Shown here: one piece after another, positions 26,838 to 29,693 of the stretch | Layout of the letters: each line of letters opens with the position of its first letter | Position numbering within the stretch: position 1 is the stretch's first letter | Assembly: GCA_043797665.1 (NCBI GenBank) | Contig: JAZDPL010000081.1 | Span: 1-29,693, forward strand | From: Candidatus Omnitrophota bacterium | GTDB taxonomy: Bacteria > Ratteibacteria > UBA8468 > MWAK01 | Reading direction: 5' to 3' | DNA: 29,693 nucleotides | Notes under the pieces: generated by a model | The model's database searches: none | What the model saw: the letters and a program-made list of their open reading frames with translations, nothing else | Told to the model about the DNA's origin: nothing | Position numbers and translations under genes: made by a program

Positions 26838-27593
26838 ATGTTGCGAAGTAAAAAAGTAGTTTGGAAAAAAGGCAGAAAATCGTTTACGTTGATTGAGCTC
26901 TTGGTCGTAATCGCTATCATCGCGCTTTTAGCGGCGATGTTGTTACCGGCATTGTCTCAAGCGCGGGAAAAAGCGCGCCAGGCTAACTGTATGAACAACT
27001 TGAAGCAAATAGGGATAGCTTTAATGCTATATGCGGATGATAACGACGGCTGGACGCCGTATTCGTGGGATGGCACATCGAGATGGCATCGGTACCTGAC
27101 CAACAACTCCTCCTATCTTCCCGCCCCCCTTTACGGTACGACCTCGAACAGAGGCATCATTCTGTTCTGCCCCAGCGGCCAACCGAGGAATTTTGCTGTC
27201 AGTAATTATGTCAACTATACGTATGGATTCCGAACCAATGCTAACCAAAATAATTCCTGGCAAATAGGCGGCGGTTATCCGGTACGTTGCTATAGCCTCA
27301 ACAACAGTAGCTACATCCCCTCAACATTGGGAGCGAGTGACCTGGCGCTTATCGTTGATAGTATGGGGTCAACTTCCAATCCAGGTACAGCGGGGTCTGG
27401 ATATGGAACATATTATTGGGAATATGCCAACGTCGGGTATAGCTATGCAGCAAAAATTTGTGCGCGGCATAACGGCATGGCCAATATACTTTACGCGGAC
27501 GGGCATGTGCAAAGCAGCGGCCCAGGGGACCTGCCGAATATCTGCGGGGATACTGGCTGGTACGATGGGTCCGGTACTTTACTGGGCCGGTAA
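26838..27593 (+). CDS. Prepilin-type N-terminal cleavage/methylation protein with H-X9-DG motif, pilin 3
   Basis: Basic leader, then [47 protein letters not shown] and [21 protein letters not shown] lies upstream. Confidence 0.93.
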   Translation: MLRSKKVVWKKGRKSFTLIELLVVIAIIALLAAMLLPALSQAREKARQANCMNNLKQIGIALMLYADDNDGWTPYSWDGTSRWHRYLTNNSSYLPAPLYGTTSNRGIILFCPSGQPRNFAVSNYVNYTYGFRTNANQNNSWQIGGGYPVRCYSLNNSSYIPSTLGASDLALIVDSMGSTSNPGTAGSGYGTYYWEYANVGYSYAAKICARHNGMANILYADGHVQSSGPGDLPNICGDTGWYDGSGTLLGR

Positions 27594-27648
27594 AGAACAG
27601 GAAGCTGGCAGGTAAAACTTTTATCGTCATTTTCAAGGAGGTGGCAGC

Positions 27649-29693
27649 ATGATCGGAAAAGAAGCAGCGGGAATTATGGTTGCCGCGCTACTGGCGGTGG
27701 TTGCATTCTGTGCGCGTGCGGAAAGCGGCGCTCTGGTGAAAGACGGGAAGGCGGTCAGTTACATAGTTCTGCCGGACAATGCCGGCCCGGCGGAAAAACA
27801 TGCGGCGAGCGAGCTGGCGGGTTTTCTCGGCAAAGTAACCGGAGCGGCGCCGGAAATAGGAATAGCACCTTCGGAAAATCTGTGGAATATCTATCTTGGA
27901 ACAACTGAAACCAAGAACATGCCCCGCTCACGCGCCGGCGACGAGGCCATTTCCCAGTTGAAAAACGACGGGTTCGTACTGGCGGTCGACAAAGACGGTC
28001 TGCGTGTGATAAGCAGGAAACCGGTGGGCGTGCTTTACGGCGTTTACGATATTCTGAAGAAATACGCGGATATCAGGTGGTTTGCGCCCGGGGCGGATTT
28101 CGAATACTGTCCGAAAAAACCGACTGTCATCGTGCCGGAACAGGTCACGGTCAGCAACCCGTCGTTCAGGGTCCGTGAATTGGGCTTCGTCTGCGCCAAC
28201 TGGAATTCAAAAACCATAGACAGTTGGGATTGGATGGTGCGCAACGGCATGACCGTCCAGTTTGGCAAGCATTACTACAATCTGGACGCGAGTTTGCGTA
28301 ACGAGGTGGAAAAACGCGGAGTGACGATCGGCCGTGACGGAGGCCACTGTTTCGCCTATCTGCTCAGCGACACTCTCTTTGCCCAGCATCCCGAATATTT
28401 CGGGCTTTTCGACGGCAAGCGCACACCTCAGGATCTTGGCGATGGACGGGGCGCGCGCCGGCAGCCCTGTACTTCGAATCCGGACGTCGCAAAAATCATG
28501 ACCGAGGGCATAAACAAGTATTTCGATACGACGCCCAAAGGGGGAAAATATCTCATTGGCAACAACGATGCCAGCGATTGGTGCCAGTGCGAGAACTGCG
28601 TCAAATTGGATCCTCCGGAAGAAAAACGAAAGGGATTCGTCAGCACGAGATACTGGACGCTGGTCAATAAAATCGCCGCGGAGGTCTATAAAACCCACCC
28701 TGATGCCAATCTCGGGGCATGGGGATACCAGAATTTTCAATATCCGCCAACCGGAGTCGTGCCCGATCCGCGGCTTTTTGTTCAGGTTTGCCTGCACGGC
28801 CGTTGCTACCGCCACTCCATGGCGGATCTTCAATGCCCGGCCAATGAGAGGTATCGCGATATCCTTGGTCAATGGGGCAAGTTGAAAAACACCATTTGCA
28901 CCCTGGAATTTCTTGGCGGCGATTGCGGGTTTCCCGCCTATGCGCCCATAGAGAAAACCTTTGCCGAGGACATCAAATATTACAAGAAGATTGGGCTGCT
29001 CGGAATCGACATCTTTACCGTGCCTCCCGATGGGGTATTGATCCCAGATTTCCGCTCTCCGCGATACCAGGAAGAAATGCTGACACAATGGCAATGGTAT
29101 TACATCATCGCGCAGTTACTCTGGAACAGCGACGCTGATTACGTGGCAATTTACGAGGACATGGGGAGCAAATATTACGGAGCCGCCTGGCCGGTCATGA
29201 GCCGATACCGCGCGCTATTGACCAGGGCTTTTATGGAAACCTCGGGCCATATCTGCTATGGAACTCCGGAATATGTGATGGGCAAATGCCTGGAAAAGCC
29301 GGGCGTGGAGGCGGTGCTTTTCACCATGCTGGACGAGGCCGAAAAGTCTGCGGCCGCCGACCCGGCCGCGGTGAAAAGGGTACAACGTGACCGGCATTTT
29401 TTTCAGGCATACTGGCAGCCCCTTCATAAGGAGTTTTTGTCCAAACAGCAGAAGGAGCTTAATGCCAATAAAAAAGTCGATAAAATCGTCATAGACGGGA
29501 ATTTTGAGGAACCGGACTGGAAAAAAGCCGACTTCACCTCCGGCTTCATCGTGACGGACGGCAAGACGGCAGCTTTGCCGCAGACCTTTGCAAAAATGCT
29601 CTATGACAATGACAACATCTATTTTGCCGTTGAGGCCATGGAACCCGAACCGGCCAGGATGAAAATAAAGGCAGAGGAGCGTGACGGCGCGGT
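27649..29693 (+). CDS. Secreted DUF4838-type glycoside-hydrolase-like protein with CBM9-like domain (3'-truncated by the window edge; absent from the ORF track)
   Basis: SD AAGGAGG at 27635-27641 and ATG 27649. My translation gives MIGKEAAGIMVAALLAVVAFCARA (signal), AASELAGFLGKVTG, DGFVL..GVLYGVYDILKKY..IRWFAPG, HPEYFGL.DGKR, QPCTSNPDV, NDASDWCQCENC, then IVIDGNFEEPDW...LYDNDNIYFAV. The frame stays open to the edge. Confidence 0.85.
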   Translation, partial: MIGKEAAGIMVAALLAVVAFCARAESGALVKDGKAVSYIVLPDNAGPAEKHAASELAGFLGKVTGAAPEIGIAPSENLWNIYLGTTETKNMPRSRAGDEAISQLKNDGFVLAVDKDGLRVISRKPVGVLYGVYDILKKYADIRWFAPGADFEYCPKKPTVIVPEQVTVSNPSFRVRELGFVCANWNSKTIDSWDWMVRNGMTVQFGKHYYNLDASLRNEVEKRGVTIGRDGGHCFAYLLSDTLFAQHPEYFGLFDGKRTPQDLGDGRGARRQPCTSNPDVAKIMTEGINKYFDTTPKGGKYLIGNNDASDWCQCENCVKLDPPEEKRKGFVSTRYWTLVNKIAAEVYKTHPDANLGAWGYQNFQYPPTGVVPDPRLFVQVCLHGRCYRHSMADLQCPANERYRDILGQWGKLKNTICTLEFLGGDCGFPAYAPIEKTFAEDIKYYKKIGLLGIDIFTVPPDGVLIPDFRSPRYQEEMLTQWQWYYIIAQLLWNSDADYVAIYEDMGSKYYGAAWPVMSRYRALLTRAFMETSGHICYGTPEYVMGKCLEKPGVEAVLFTMLDEAEKSAAADPAAVKRVQRDRHFFQAYWQPLHKEFLSKQQKELNANKKVDKIVIDGNFEEPDWKKADFTSGFIVTDGKTAALPQTFAKMLYDNDNIYFAVEAMEPEPARMKIKAEERDGA

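Noticed and set aside
26990..27593. Asn/Tyr-rich variable pilin heads as targets of a diversity-generating retroelement
   Set aside because: There is no reverse transcriptase and no template/variable repeat pair differing at adenines in the window.

Overview
A 29.7 kb bacterial carbohydrate-utilisation region, almost entirely on the + strand. The gene content suggests a PVC-group or Omnitrophota-like organism (inference only). One motif recurs three times: a GntR-HTH/LacI-sensor regulator or its promoter, then a prepilin-type N-methylation protein with a C-terminal H-X9-DG motif, then large secreted glycan-binding or glycoside-hydrolase-like proteins (CBM4/9-like, CBM9-like, LamG, GH42-like, DUF4838). 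The second module continues with apparently cytoplasmic enzymes: GH32, a beta-helix protein, a GH-like barrel, a URO-D-like protein and a degenerate M24 hydrolase. No transporter, rRNA, tRNA, CRISPR array or transposase is visible. Reading the DNA directly shows four things the ORF track misses: (1) a palindromic REP-like repeat in three copies, one sitting in-frame inside a prepilin leader peptide; (2) an internally deleted duplicate of the second regulator, with an intact promoter, in front of the third pilin; (3) a frameshifted, probably chimeric pseudogene fragment at 5556-5812; (4) a DUF4838-type gene that runs off the right edge. Family assignments rest on motif recognition by eye; no database searches were run.
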